This document shows positions 17,280-26,705 of a stretch of 64,000 nt of DNA, one piece after another. The translations under genes were made by a program, and so were the position numbers. Below the pieces are notes generated by a model. The model ran no database searches and was not told the DNA's origin. It saw nothing but the letters and a program-made list of their open reading frames with translations. Source of the DNA: Phycisphaerales bacterium (GTDB lineage Bacteria > Planctomycetota > Phycisphaerae > Phycisphaerales > UBA1924); contig OZ245777.1 in assembly GCA_965227775.1 (NCBI GenBank), positions 3,232,001 to 3,296,000 on the forward strand, in the 5' to 3' direction. Numbering within the stretch: the first letter of the stretch is position 1; every line of letters begins with the position of its first letter.

Positions 17280-19259
17280 GTGCCCGACCAACGAATTTCG
17301 AAGCACGGCAATGACCCAACCTCGAACGACTGGCCCACGCCCGTCGGCGGCGAACACGCCCAGCCGACCGGGTCGATGAGCGAGGACGCGCGGCGGCGAC
17401 GCGCCGACGAGTTGCTCGTTCAGGCCGCCGAGGGCTCACTGACCACCGAGTTCTACTCGCCCGTTCCATCGGGCTACCGCCGCGGGCGCACGAAGTACGT
17501 TGCCGTGCTTGGCACGGTGATGAGCGGGCTGGGCAAGGGCATCTTTGCCGCCAGCGCCGCCAAGCTGCTCAAGGACAAGGGCCTGACGGTCGCCCCCATC
17601 AAGATGGAGGGCTACCTGAACATCGACTCGGGCACTCTGAATCCCTACCGCCACGGTGAGGTGTTCGTGCTCGACGACGGCACCGAGTGCGATATGGACC
17701 TGGGCACGTACGAGCGCATGCTGGCCCAGAACCTCAGCCGCCGGAACTTCACGACCTCGGGCCAGATCTTCAGCGAGGTGCTCGAGCGCGAGCGGCTGGG
17801 CGACTATTTGGGCCGCGACGTGCAGATGATCCCGCACGTGACGGGTGAGGTGAAGCGCAAGCTACGCGAGCTGGCCATGTACGGCGACGGCTCGGGCAGG
17901 CCCGCGGACGTCGTGTTCGTCGAGGTCGGCGGCACCGTGGGCGACTATGAAAACGGCTTTTATATCGAGGCGCTGCGCGAGCTTGCGTTCGAGGAGGGGC
18001 CTCGGTCGGTGTGCTTCGTGGCGCTGACGTATGTCATCGAAGCGAGGGTGCTGGGCGAGCAGAAGAGTAAGGCTGCCCAGCTTGGCATCCAGCGACTCAT
18101 GGAGGCGGGTATCCAGCCCCACATGATCGCCTGCCGCTGCGACAACCCCGTGACGGGCCAAGCAATGCAGAAGATCGCGATGTACAGCAACGTGCCGCTG
18201 CGACGCGTCTTCAGCATGCACGACCGCGAGAGCATCTACCTCATCCCAGAAGAGATGCGCCGCGACGGGCTCGACCGCGAGATTCTGAGCGTGCTCGACC
18301 TGCACGACCGCGTTGATATGGGCCAGGAAGACCGCGAGCGCGAGCGCTGGCGCTCGTTCGTACGTGGGCTGACCAGCGAGCCCGAGCACCGCATCCGTGT
18401 CGCGCTCGCGGGCAAGTACACCGATCTGGGCGATGCGTATGCATCGATCGACAAGGCCATCGAGCACTGCGCGGCCAACCTCCACGCGGACATCGAGGTC
18501 GAGCGGTTCGACACCACCGACCTGACCGAGTCACGCATCGCCGACGAGCTTTCGAACGTCGATGCGGTGATTGTGCCCGGCGGCTTCGGCGCCCGCGGAG
18601 TCGAGGGCAAGCTAGCGGTCGTCAAGCACTGCCGCGAGTCGGGCCTGCCGTACCTGGGCATTTGCCTGGGCTTCCAGGTCGCGGTGATCGAGTACGCGCG
18701 AAACGTGCTCGGCCTCGGCGATGCCGCCTCGACCGAGTTCGACCCCGACTCGCCCAACGCGGTCATCAGCGAGTTGCCCGAGCAGAAGAAGATCGAGGGA
18801 TTGGGCGGATCGATGCGGCTGGGCGCTCAAGACGTCGCGTTGACACCCGAATCGCTCGCGAGCTTCCTCTTCTCGGGTCGGCCAACCGAGCGCGAACGCT
18901 TCCGCCACCGGTACGAGGTTGATCCGGGATTCATCGACCGCCTGACCGAGGCCGGCCTGGTGTTCAGCGGCCGTCACCCGACACAGCCAATCATGCAGGT
19001 TCTGGAACTTCCCCAGCCCGGGCACGACGAGGACTATGACGGCCCGACGCACCCCTATTTCGTCGCAGGCCAGTTCCACCCCGAGCTCACGAGCCGTCCG
19101 CTCGAGCCCCAGCCGATGTTCATGGGCTTGTGCGCCGCCGCGATCGCGAGGCGTGTGGCCATGGGACCGCGTGACGGCGAGGAAGGCGCGCCGAAGGAAG
19201 TCTCGAACCTCGTCAAGCGGTGGCTCCGCTCGCCGCGCAAGCGCACGCAACCTGCCTGA
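17280..19259 (+). CDS. pyrG: CTP synthase (N-terminal extension; start uncertain)
   Basis: SGLGKGI, HGEVFVLDDG, GICLGFQ, ERFRHRYE, QFHPE. Confidence 0.96.
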   Translation: MPDQRISKHGNDPTSNDWPTPVGGEHAQPTGSMSEDARRRRADELLVQAAEGSLTTEFYSPVPSGYRRGRTKYVAVLGTVMSGLGKGIFAASAAKLLKDKGLTVAPIKMEGYLNIDSGTLNPYRHGEVFVLDDGTECDMDLGTYERMLAQNLSRRNFTTSGQIFSEVLERERLGDYLGRDVQMIPHVTGEVKRKLRELAMYGDGSGRPADVVFVEVGGTVGDYENGFYIEALRELAFEEGPRSVCFVALTYVIEARVLGEQKSKAAQLGIQRLMEAGIQPHMIACRCDNPVTGQAMQKIAMYSNVPLRRVFSMHDRESIYLIPEEMRRDGLDREILSVLDLHDRVDMGQEDRERERWRSFVRGLTSEPEHRIRVALAGKYTDLGDAYASIDKAIEHCAANLHADIEVERFDTTDLTESRIADELSNVDAVIVPGGFGARGVEGKLAVVKHCRESGLPYLGICLGFQVAVIEYARNVLGLGDAASTEFDPDSPNAVISELPEQKKIEGLGGSMRLGAQDVALTPESLASFLFSGRPTERERFRHRYEVDPGFIDRLTEAGLVFSGRHPTQPIMQVLELPQPGHDEDYDGPTHPYFVAGQFHPELTSRPLEPQPMFMGLCAAAIARRVAMGPRDGEEGAPKEVSNLVKRWLRSPRKRTQPA

Positions 19260-19946
19260 TCAAGATTGCTCGGCGATCTCCAGCGATCGAAGCGACGCGA
19301 GCAGGACAAGCATGGCGAAACGGCCCACCCGACCGGTGGACACTTGGGCGTTGTGCACAAGCGCCTGCGCGTAGAGATCGGCCTCGATGTCACCACTCAC
19401 GGCGAGCGCGACGAAGGCATTCACGCCCCACGGATGGGCGGTGGCGTTGTCGGGCTGAAGCTCTTGCACGCACCATGCGGCCGCGGCCTCTGCTCGTTCA
19501 ACTAGATCGGATTTGCCTCGCTGGATGCCGATCGTCCAGAGCGCCTGGATCGCCGCGAGTTCCCGTTCGGTCCAAACCTCGATGGCAACTTCGCCTCGAC
19601 TCGGCGCATCGGCATCCTGCAGTGGACCGCTTCGGGCAAATGATGCGGGCACGTCCGAGTCGTGGGCGATCGCGTGCCACAGATCGACATCGAGACCCTG
19701 CCCGTTGGTCGGCTTGGTCGTGCCCTCGGTCAACCAGGCGATCAGCGGCTTGTCGACGGCCCGGCGGTGTCCAGACTCGTCGGCGAAGTCGCTCGGATCG
19801 ATGCCTACCAGTGGCTCGGGGCCAACGATCGCCCGCAGGCGGGCGGTCCATCGCGAGAGCTGGGAGTGCGGGAGCGTCATCTCGGCGTCCTGTAACCTTT
19901 CAGCGAGCTGTTCGGGGCTGTATTGGTCTGGCGGGAGCCCGATCAC
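19260..19946 (-). CDS. Hypothetical protein
   Basis: Protein-like composition from GTG 19946 (WTERELAAIQALW, LQPDNATAHPWG); fills the gap between genes. Confidence 0.65.
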   Translation of the reverse strand: MIGLPPDQYSPEQLAERLQDAEMTLPHSQLSRWTARLRAIVGPEPLVGIDPSDFADESGHRRAVDKPLIAWLTEGTTKPTNGQGLDVDLWHAIAHDSDVPASFARSGPLQDADAPSRGEVAIEVWTERELAAIQALWTIGIQRGKSDLVERAEAAAAWCVQELQPDNATAHPWGVNAFVALAVSGDIEADLYAQALVHNAQVSTGRVGRFAMLVLLASLRSLEIAEQS

Positions 19947-20026
19947 AAGCCGATAGCTCGGGAATGGGCGAGGCTCCGGGCCAGCAGGCAAGGCAGGGCG
20001 ATCGATTCGCGTGGATCGATCCCGGC

Positions 20027-20533
20027 GTGAGCGTATGGGACCAGTGGGGTGCCGCGCCGCCGCCACCGAAAGTCCGACCCAGCACAAACGAAGCGCCCGA
20101 AGCGCCGCAGGCGCCCGCCCCGACCCGGCCGGCTCCCGTGGAGGCCGAAGCACAACCGGAGCCGATCGAAGACCTCGCCCGGCCCGGGGCAGGGGTCGAA
20201 GACGTCGGCGGAGCCGAAGGCGCCCCGACTTTCCACGAGTTCGATGCAGAGTTGGACGTCGCAGAACTGGACGAACGGCTCCGCCCGGTGACGACGTGGT
20301 CGGCTCGTTCGTCGGCCGTTAACCGCTCGAGCCTGACCATCCGCTCGCGCCGGATGTGCTACGCCAAGAAGATGCTGCTGGTGGCGGTCCACCTGATCGA
20401 CGACCAGCCAACGATCCTGGCCGGGCGGGTCACGAGCTGCGAGTACGACGGCGAGGCCCTCTACACGGTGAAGATCGAGCTGGTCCCCCGGCCCAGCAGC
20501 GAAGAGATCCGCCAGTGGATCATGCAGCGCTGA
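20027..20533 (+). CDS. Hypothetical protein, possibly degenerate PilZ-like beta-barrel
   Basis: 3' part of the 19220 ORF from GTG 20027; Pro-rich N-terminus, then LAGRVTSCEYDGEALYTVKIEL. Confidence 0.6.
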   Translation: MSVWDQWGAAPPPPKVRPSTNEAPEAPQAPAPTRPAPVEAEAQPEPIEDLARPGAGVEDVGGAEGAPTFHEFDAELDVAELDERLRPVTTWSARSSAVNRSSLTIRSRRMCYAKKMLLVAVHLIDDQPTILAGRVTSCEYDGEALYTVKIELVPRPSSEEIRQWIMQR

Positions 20534-20583
20534 CTTGGCGTTCGCCGACTTGACCTTGCACGCCGGCCGCCGAACGCTGCGCC

Positions 20584-21468
20584 ATGCGGATCATTCGTAC
20601 GGCCGATGAGCTTGCCGCGTATCAAGAAGACATCGGGCCCAACCCGGGCGGCGTGTTGGTGCCGACGATGGGCGCCCTGCACGCGGGACATCTTGCGTTG
20701 ATCGGCCAGGCCGCCACCGAGGCCCGGGCACGGAAACTCAGCGCCGGGTGCGTGGTGACAGTGTTCGTCAACCCGACCCAATTCGACGAGTCCCACGACT
20801 TCGAGAGGTACCCGCGTGTGCTCGACCAGGACGCCGACGCCTGCGAACGGGCCGGCGCGAGCGCGGTCATTGCGCCCAGCGTCGAGATGGTCTACCCCGA
20901 CGGCGTGGACGCGCCGGGTCCGCATGTGCCAGCCGTCGCGGTCGAGAAGGGCCTGGAGGACGAGTTCCGACCCGGCCATTTCTTGGGTGTCGCAAAGGTT
21001 CTCGTGCGGTTGTTCGCGTTGACGCGGCCCGCCTCGGCGGTGTTCGGCGAGAAGGATTGGCAGCAATTCCAGCTCGCGCGGGCACTTGTGGAGCAGGAAC
21101 GCCTCGGCATCGAGATCATCGGCGGACCGACCGTGCGCGACGCGGACGGGCTAGCGCTCAGCAGCCGGAATCGATTTCTCTCCGAGGAAGAGCGTACCGC
21201 GGCACGCGCAATCCCCAGCGCATTGCACGCTGCATCGGACGCCCCCGGTGCCAGCCGCGCGGAGGAAGCGATGCGGCGGACACTCGCCGGGCTCGACATC
21301 GAGTACGCCACCATCAGACGAGCCGACACGCTCGAGCGGATCGCCCCGGAATCCAAGCCCGATGGCGGCCGCTTCCGGGCCCTGATCACCTGCCGCCTGG
21401 GGCAGACGCGGCTGCTGGACAACGCCCCTTGGCCGCTGCCCTCCGATTCCCCCTTGCGTTCTCTGTGA
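20584..21468 (+). CDS. panC: Pantoate-beta-alanine ligase
   Basis: VPTMGALHAGH, FVNPTQF, RPGHF, FGEKDWQQ, DGLALSSRN, RLLDN. Confidence 0.96.
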   Translation: MRIIRTADELAAYQEDIGPNPGGVLVPTMGALHAGHLALIGQAATEARARKLSAGCVVTVFVNPTQFDESHDFERYPRVLDQDADACERAGASAVIAPSVEMVYPDGVDAPGPHVPAVAVEKGLEDEFRPGHFLGVAKVLVRLFALTRPASAVFGEKDWQQFQLARALVEQERLGIEIIGGPTVRDADGLALSSRNRFLSEEERTAARAIPSALHAASDAPGASRAEEAMRRTLAGLDIEYATIRRADTLERIAPESKPDGGRFRALITCRLGQTRLLDNAPWPLPSDSPLRSL

Positions 21469-21554
21469 GGGGGCGACATGGCCGCTAAACTAGGCGTTTG
21501 GCGGCCGGACGGGCCGCCGACCAGTCCCGCCAGCATCCCGAATCGGAGGCCGCC

Positions 21555-22682
21555 GTGCTCAAGACCCCGCTCCACAAGCTCCACCTCGAACACGGCGGCA
21601 AGATGGTCGAGTACGCCGGGTGGGACATGCCCATCAGCTACGGCTCGGTCCAGCAGGAGCACGTGCAGGTCCGCTCGAGCGGCGGCATGTTCGACGTCTC
21701 GCACATGGGTCGGCTGAAGATCACCGGCCGCCATGCTCGCCGGCTGCTCGGCCGCGTGTGCTCGCGACGCATCGGCGACATGCAGCAGGGCCAGTGCCGC
21801 TACGGGCTGATCCTCAACGAGCAGGGCGGCGTGAAGGACGACGTGCTGGTCTATCGGATGGACGACACCGAGTTCCTGATGGTCGTCAACGCGGCCAACC
21901 GCGAGAAGATCGTTGAGCACTTGAACAGCGTCATCGCAGCCGAAGCGCTCGTTGTCAAAATGGACGACCAAACCGCCAAGACCGCCATGGTCGCGATCCA
22001 GGGCCCGAAGGTGATGGATCTGGTCAGCCGCGTCAGCAGCGAGGTGCCCACACTCAAACGCTACCGCTTCACGATCAAGAACCTGCTCATCGCCAAGCTG
22101 CTGGTCTCGCGCACGGGATACACGGGCGAGGACGGCGTCGAGGTCATCCTGCCGGCCACCATCGTCGACATGGCCCTCAAGCTGCTGCTTAAGGACGTTG
22201 ACCTTGACGCGGAGCAGAGCGACATGAAGCTCATCGGCCTGGGCGCCCGCGACACGCTGCGGCTCGAAGCCGGCATGCCGCTCTACGGGCACGAGCTGGG
22301 CGAAGACATTAACGCCCTCTCGTGCGGCGTCGATTTTGCGATAAAGATGGACAAGGACGAGGGTGACATACCCGAGCCGTTCATCGGGCAGGAAGCGCTC
22401 AAGAAGACCATCGCCGAGGGCGGCCCGGCCCGCACGCTGGCGGCATTCGTGGTCGATGGCAAGCGCACGCCGCGCCAGGGCATGGCCATCAAGGCTGACG
22501 GCAAGGAGGTCGGCACCGTCACCAGCGGCTGCAGCAGCCCCACGCTGGGCGTGCCCATCGCGATGGGCATCATCGATCGCGGTGTGAACGAACCTGGGAC
22601 CGAGGTCACGATCGACACCGGGAAGGTCGAGCTTGAGGCCGAGGTGCGCGCGAACCCGCTGTACAAGAAGCCCAAGGCCTAG
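21555..22682 (+). CDS. gcvT: Glycine cleavage system T protein
   Basis: LKTPLH, FDVSHMG, SRTGYTGEDG, GLGARDTLRLEAG; GGAGG RBS before GTG. Confidence 0.96.
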   Translation: MLKTPLHKLHLEHGGKMVEYAGWDMPISYGSVQQEHVQVRSSGGMFDVSHMGRLKITGRHARRLLGRVCSRRIGDMQQGQCRYGLILNEQGGVKDDVLVYRMDDTEFLMVVNAANREKIVEHLNSVIAAEALVVKMDDQTAKTAMVAIQGPKVMDLVSRVSSEVPTLKRYRFTIKNLLIAKLLVSRTGYTGEDGVEVILPATIVDMALKLLLKDVDLDAEQSDMKLIGLGARDTLRLEAGMPLYGHELGEDINALSCGVDFAIKMDKDEGDIPEPFIGQEALKKTIAEGGPARTLAAFVVDGKRTPRQGMAIKADGKEVGTVTSGCSSPTLGVPIAMGIIDRGVNEPGTEVTIDTGKVELEAEVRANPLYKKPKA

Positions 22683-23083
22683 GCCAGCACCCGCTCACCG
22701 ATCATCACGCCCACCGCGACCGCGGCGAAGCCGAGCACGAGGTGGAGCAGCACCGAGCCGAGAGCGATGCCGACCTTGCCCTCGCGCCACAAGGTAAACG
22801 TCTCGACCCCGAACGTGCTGTACGTCGTAAAGGCGCCGAGCGCCCCCACCACCACAAGCAAGCGCAGGTGGTGCGGCGAGCCGTCGCTCTCGCGTGACAA
22901 CAACCATGGCAGCACGAGCCCAACTGCAAGGCATCCCGCGACGTTCACGGTGAGCGTTGCAGCGGGCAAGGCCAGCGAGTGCTCCTTGAACATCGCCATC
23001 GCCATGCGCGCCACGCCATAGCGGGCCGAGGCGCCAAGCGCCCCGCCAAACGCAACGGCGAGGATGTCGAGCAAGATCTTCAC
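22679..23083 (-). CDS. crcB: Fluoride efflux channel FluC/CrcB
   Basis: GGALGASARY, TLTVNVAGC, GAFTTYSTF. Confidence 0.93.
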   Translation of the reverse strand: MKILLDILAVAFGGALGASARYGVARMAMAMFKEHSLALPAATLTVNVAGCLAVGLVLPWLLSRESDGSPHHLRLLVVVGALGAFTTYSTFGVETFTLWREGKVGIALGSVLLHLVLGFAAVAVGVMIGERVLA

Positions 23084-23093
23084 CCGTTTCAGT

Positions 23094-23942
23094 TCAACGG
23101 GGCTGGCGCGCGGGCGATGGCTCGGGGCTCGCCGTCGCGGGCGAGCGATCGGGAACGGCCAGCGGGTCGTCACCCTGCAAAGCTGGGAAGAAGCCTTCGG
23201 GTACGGTGGCTGGCTCGAAGCGCAGCCAATCAACACCGATCTCGGCCTCGACCTGGGGGGCGAGGAACGGCGGGTGGTCAAACGGGCCACGCTCGAGCCG
23301 ATCGGGGTTGAAACGCACGCTCGGGCGCATCCGGACACGTGCCGTCCAGGCTGCGGTGCCCTCGGCAGACTCGAGCTCGGCCGCCATCCGCCGGCCTACG
23401 CGATTGGGCACGCCAACGTCCATCGGGGCCGAAAGAGGTGCTCCCGTAGCAGCGTCGAACAGCTGGAGACGAGCCAAGGCACGGGCGACGGAAGAACCGC
23501 TGGTTGGCAGGTCGACCGACAGCACGCGCACGAGCCAGTCCTTCTCGACGTCGAGGGCCTCGTTCATGGAATCGGCCCAATCGCGGGCGGTGCGGCTGTA
23601 AGCCGCGCGATCGTCGGCCGTGCGGCGAGCCACAGTGGCCAACTCCAGCCTCGCCCGACGGCGAAGCGTCTGCATGGCGGCCATGGGCGAGGCGGTCGGA
23701 TCGCCCGGTTCGGCCAGCACGGGCGCGGGCGGGGCATAACCGAGATTGCGGAGCATTTCGATGGCCTCGGCCAAGCGCACGCGGAAGCCGGCGAGTTCCT
23801 CGCGGAGGGCGTCACGCTCGGTCGTCAGCGCCTCCACTTGCGCTTCAAGCTGTGCAACGCGGTCCTGCGTTTGCTCGTCATCCTGCGCGCAGAGCGTGGA
23901 ACACAGCCCTGCGCAGGCCACGACGGCGAGCGTGCGCCTCAC
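23094..23942 (-). CDS. Secreted hypothetical protein with coiled coil
   Basis: Signal peptide MRRTLAVVACAGLCSTLCA, then heptad repeats; start overlaps the hmgA stop. Confidence 0.65.
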   Translation of the reverse strand: MRRTLAVVACAGLCSTLCAQDDEQTQDRVAQLEAQVEALTTERDALREELAGFRVRLAEAIEMLRNLGYAPPAPVLAEPGDPTASPMAAMQTLRRRARLELATVARRTADDRAAYSRTARDWADSMNEALDVEKDWLVRVLSVDLPTSGSSVARALARLQLFDAATGAPLSAPMDVGVPNRVGRRMAAELESAEGTAAWTARVRMRPSVRFNPDRLERGPFDHPPFLAPQVEAEIGVDWLRFEPATVPEGFFPALQGDDPLAVPDRSPATASPEPSPARQPR

Positions 23943-25261
23943 TTGTCGAGCCTCGCTGTCGCGGGCGTGCTGCCCTGGGCCGCGCCGTTCGACTGCCCGT
24001 TCGCGTGCGCGTTCGGCGCAGGCGCATCGATCCAGCTCGCCGGGTAGGCGTGGTCATCAATCTCGAGCGCTGCCTTCGTCGGGAACATCGGGCGGAACGT
24101 GTCGCACATCACCGCCAGCTCGTCGGTCCACTTGGCGCCCAGGCTCTTCTCGACGGTGCCGGGATGCGGCCCGTGCGGGATGCCCTGGGGGTGCAGCGTG
24201 ATCGAGCCCTGCTCGATACCGCGGCGCGCCTTGTAGTTGCCCTCGACGTAGTACAGGATCTCGTCGCTATCGAGGTTGCTGTGGTTGTACGGCACCGGGA
24301 TCGCTTCTGGGTGGAAGTCGAGCGCCCGTGGGCAGAACGAACAGATCACGAAGTTGTGACCCTCGAACGTCTGGTGGATCGGCGGGGGCATGTGCAATTG
24401 ACCGGTGATCGGCGCGAAATCGTCGATGTTGAAGATGTAGGGGTAGTAGCAACCGTCCCAGCCCACGATGTCGCACGGGTGGTAGCTATACACGTATGAG
24501 TGGACCGTGTCGCGCGCCTTGATGCGCACCTCGTACTCGCCAAGCTCGTCAGTAAATAGGGGGTGCTCCTCGTTGGCAATCGGAAGCACAAGGTCGCGCT
24601 CGCAGTACGGTGCGTGCTCAAGGAACTGGCTGGTCTGCTTGCTGAGATACCGCGGCGGCGGCAGGATATGGCTTGCGTTGGCCGTCTCGAACAGCACGAA
24701 CTTGCCGAAGGGCATCTCGGCCTTGCTGTGTCCGCCAAACTTCTCTACGTCACCCCCACCGTCGGGCCGCTCGTCCCACTCCATGTGATAGATGATGCCC
24801 TTGGGGATCACGACGTAGTCCTTGGGGCCGAACTTCAGCGTGCCCATGAACGTGCGGACCGTGCCAGAGCCGAAGTGCACGAAGAAGCACTCGTCGCCTT
24901 GACCGTTCTTGAAGTGGTACGCCATCCGCTCGGCAGGATTGCACACAGCCATCTCGACGTCGCTGTTGCCGAACAAGACGACCCGGCCCGTCACGCTATC
25001 GCCCTTGGGCGGCGTGTGGGCCCCGCCAGTGCGCAGGTGCCGCATGCGCATCGTGTCGATCTCGACGTACTCGGGCTTGGTGCCGTACAGGTTGTTCCAG
25101 CCGGTCACCTGGGTCGGCGGGTGGATGTGGTACATCGTGCTCGTCGGACCCACGAATCCCTCGGTGCCAAAGAGCTCCTCGCTGTAGAGCTTGCCATCGG
25201 GCCGGCGGAACTGGGTGTGCCGCTTCTTGGGGAGGTTGCCGAGCTTGGTGTAATAGGGCAT
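23939..25261 (-). CDS. hmgA: Homogentisate 1,2-dioxygenase
   Basis: KRHTQFR, VGWDGCYYPY, HMPPPIHQTF, PYNHSNLDSDE, LHPQGIPHGP, ELAVMCDT. Confidence 0.93.
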   Translation of the reverse strand: MPYYTKLGNLPKKRHTQFRRPDGKLYSEELFGTEGFVGPTSTMYHIHPPTQVTGWNNLYGTKPEYVEIDTMRMRHLRTGGAHTPPKGDSVTGRVVLFGNSDVEMAVCNPAERMAYHFKNGQGDECFFVHFGSGTVRTFMGTLKFGPKDYVVIPKGIIYHMEWDERPDGGGDVEKFGGHSKAEMPFGKFVLFETANASHILPPPRYLSKQTSQFLEHAPYCERDLVLPIANEEHPLFTDELGEYEVRIKARDTVHSYVYSYHPCDIVGWDGCYYPYIFNIDDFAPITGQLHMPPPIHQTFEGHNFVICSFCPRALDFHPEAIPVPYNHSNLDSDEILYYVEGNYKARRGIEQGSITLHPQGIPHGPHPGTVEKSLGAKWTDELAVMCDTFRPMFPTKAALEIDDHAYPASWIDAPAPNAHANGQSNGAAQGSTPATARLDK

Positions 25262-25480
25262 GGGTTCGGGTTTCCTTCGGGAGGCGTGCGACCAGCCACA
25301 CGCCGCAATGGGGTCGTCACTACGCCTCACGCGGCCATGGGGCCGGCCGGAGGCGTCTAGACCCACTTCATTGTATACGAATCGGCTGCGGGGTTGGTTG
25401 GCATGGGAGCAGGCTTGGGTGCGCGGTCGGCCCCGACTCAGTCCAACCCATGTCTCCGATCTGGCAGCAGGCCGCCAGTG

Positions 25481-25519
25481 TTGACCGAGCTGCTATACTC
25501 ATGATACTGCAATCTCATT
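25481..25519 (+). promoter_or_regulatory. Putative sigma70 promoter overlapped by an AT-rich imperfect palindrome
   Basis: TTGACC-N16-GATACT; ATGATACTGCAATCTCAT resembles a Fur-type box (7-2-7 rather than 7-1-7). Confidence 0.35.
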
Positions 25520-25536
25520 CACTCGAGGGGAACACG

Positions 25537-25755
25537 ATGACCACTTGCTGCTCGCACGGATCCACTGCCACGCTCGGCACCGAAGCCGCCTCGTTCTGCA
25601 CGAACTGCGGTGCTGCGACGGTGGGCGGAGCCAGCGTCAGCCTTCCGGCCGTTCTGCTTTCCGTGATCGCGGCAGCCGCCGTCTGCATCGCGGTGCGTCA
25701 GGTCTGGCGGCGTGCGGCTGCGTCGCTCCTGTTGCGGCGCCTGGCCCTTGCCTGA
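25537..25755 (+). CDS. Small Cys-rich membrane protein (72 aa)
   Basis: GAGGGG RBS; MTTCCSH...CTNC, one TM helix, Arg-rich tail; TGATG-coupled to the next gene. Confidence 0.6.
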   Translation: MTTCCSHGSTATLGTEAASFCTNCGAATVGGASVSLPAVLLSVIAAAAVCIAVRQVWRRAAASLLLRRLALA

Positions 25756-26705
25756 TGACGGCCCCACACGCGGGATCACGACGGCCGCCAGGCGGTGTCG
25801 CAGCGATGATCGCCTGCGGCCTTGTGCTCACGCTCTCCATCCTGATCGCAAGCGGATGCGTAGCCCGCACCGCTGAGGACACAACGCGTTCTGACGCGAC
25901 CCAACCTGCTCCCGCGCCTGCTATCGACACCTCGACGCTGCTGCGCAAGGCAGCGGACCACGAGGCGTTATACACACTGGCCGGCGGTCTCAAGCCCATG
26001 AGCACCGGCATCTGGCGGGGTCGGTTCCGCGTCGACGAACCCGATTTGTCAGCATTGCGACGGGCCCGTGCGGCGCTGGCGCCGCTACGCAACGATGCGT
26101 GGTATGCCGACGTTCAGGTGTTCGACAACATCCACGACGGCTCACGATCGATCCATGCGTTTGTCGTGCACCGCGCTGCACTGTCGCGCATGATCGAGCG
26201 ATACGACGATTACTGGAGTCCATGGGGCATCACCCCATGTACGCACCCGGCCGAGATCGTCGCGGTCGTCGATCGCATGCCACGGGGTGATCGCTGGCGC
26301 GGCTACGGCTACTTGTTCGGCTACCCGTCGTACGCCGTCAATTTCTTTGTCGTAGCGGGCCTTGCCGCCGAGGATGGCCGACTGGTCGGGCCCGGCAAAG
26401 ACCGCGAGTTCATGCACGTGCCAACGTATGGCTCGGATTCGGGCAGCTTCACTTACGCCGTCCCGCTCGATCACGCTCGGTCCGAATCGGACGAAGCGCT
26501 CGCGCGCGAAGCGGCTCGGATCCTCGCGGCGTATACCGAACGGCGAGGCCGCATGGATAACGCCGCGAGCATGATCCGAGAACTGCAGCGGCTCAACCGC
26601 AGATTCGAGTCCACGGCAGCGCACGCTGCGGAGATCGCCGCCGAGCAACCGACAACCGGTCAATCACGAGGAGAGTTGAACGATGCAGTTCTGGACACTC
26701 GATGA
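25755..26705 (+). CDS. Hypothetical lipoprotein
   Basis: Lipobox-like LIASGC; conserved-looking EALYTLAGGLKPMS and GYLFGYPSYAVNFF. Confidence 0.7.
   Translation: MTAPHAGSRRPPGGVAAMIACGLVLTLSILIASGCVARTAEDTTRSDATQPAPAPAIDTSTLLRKAADHEALYTLAGGLKPMSTGIWRGRFRVDEPDLSALRRARAALAPLRNDAWYADVQVFDNIHDGSRSIHAFVVHRAALSRMIERYDDYWSPWGITPCTHPAEIVAVVDRMPRGDRWRGYGYLFGYPSYAVNFFVVAGLAAEDGRLVGPGKDREFMHVPTYGSDSGSFTYAVPLDHARSESDEALAREAARILAAYTERRGRMDNAASMIRELQRLNRRFESTAAHAAEIAAEQPTTGQSRGELNDAVLDTR

Noticed and set aside
21469..21554. Glycine riboswitch before gcvT
   Set aside because: Spacer too short; no aptamer motif recognised.
23084..23100. Fluoride riboswitch before crcB
   Set aside because: Only 10 nt separate crcB from the upstream gene.
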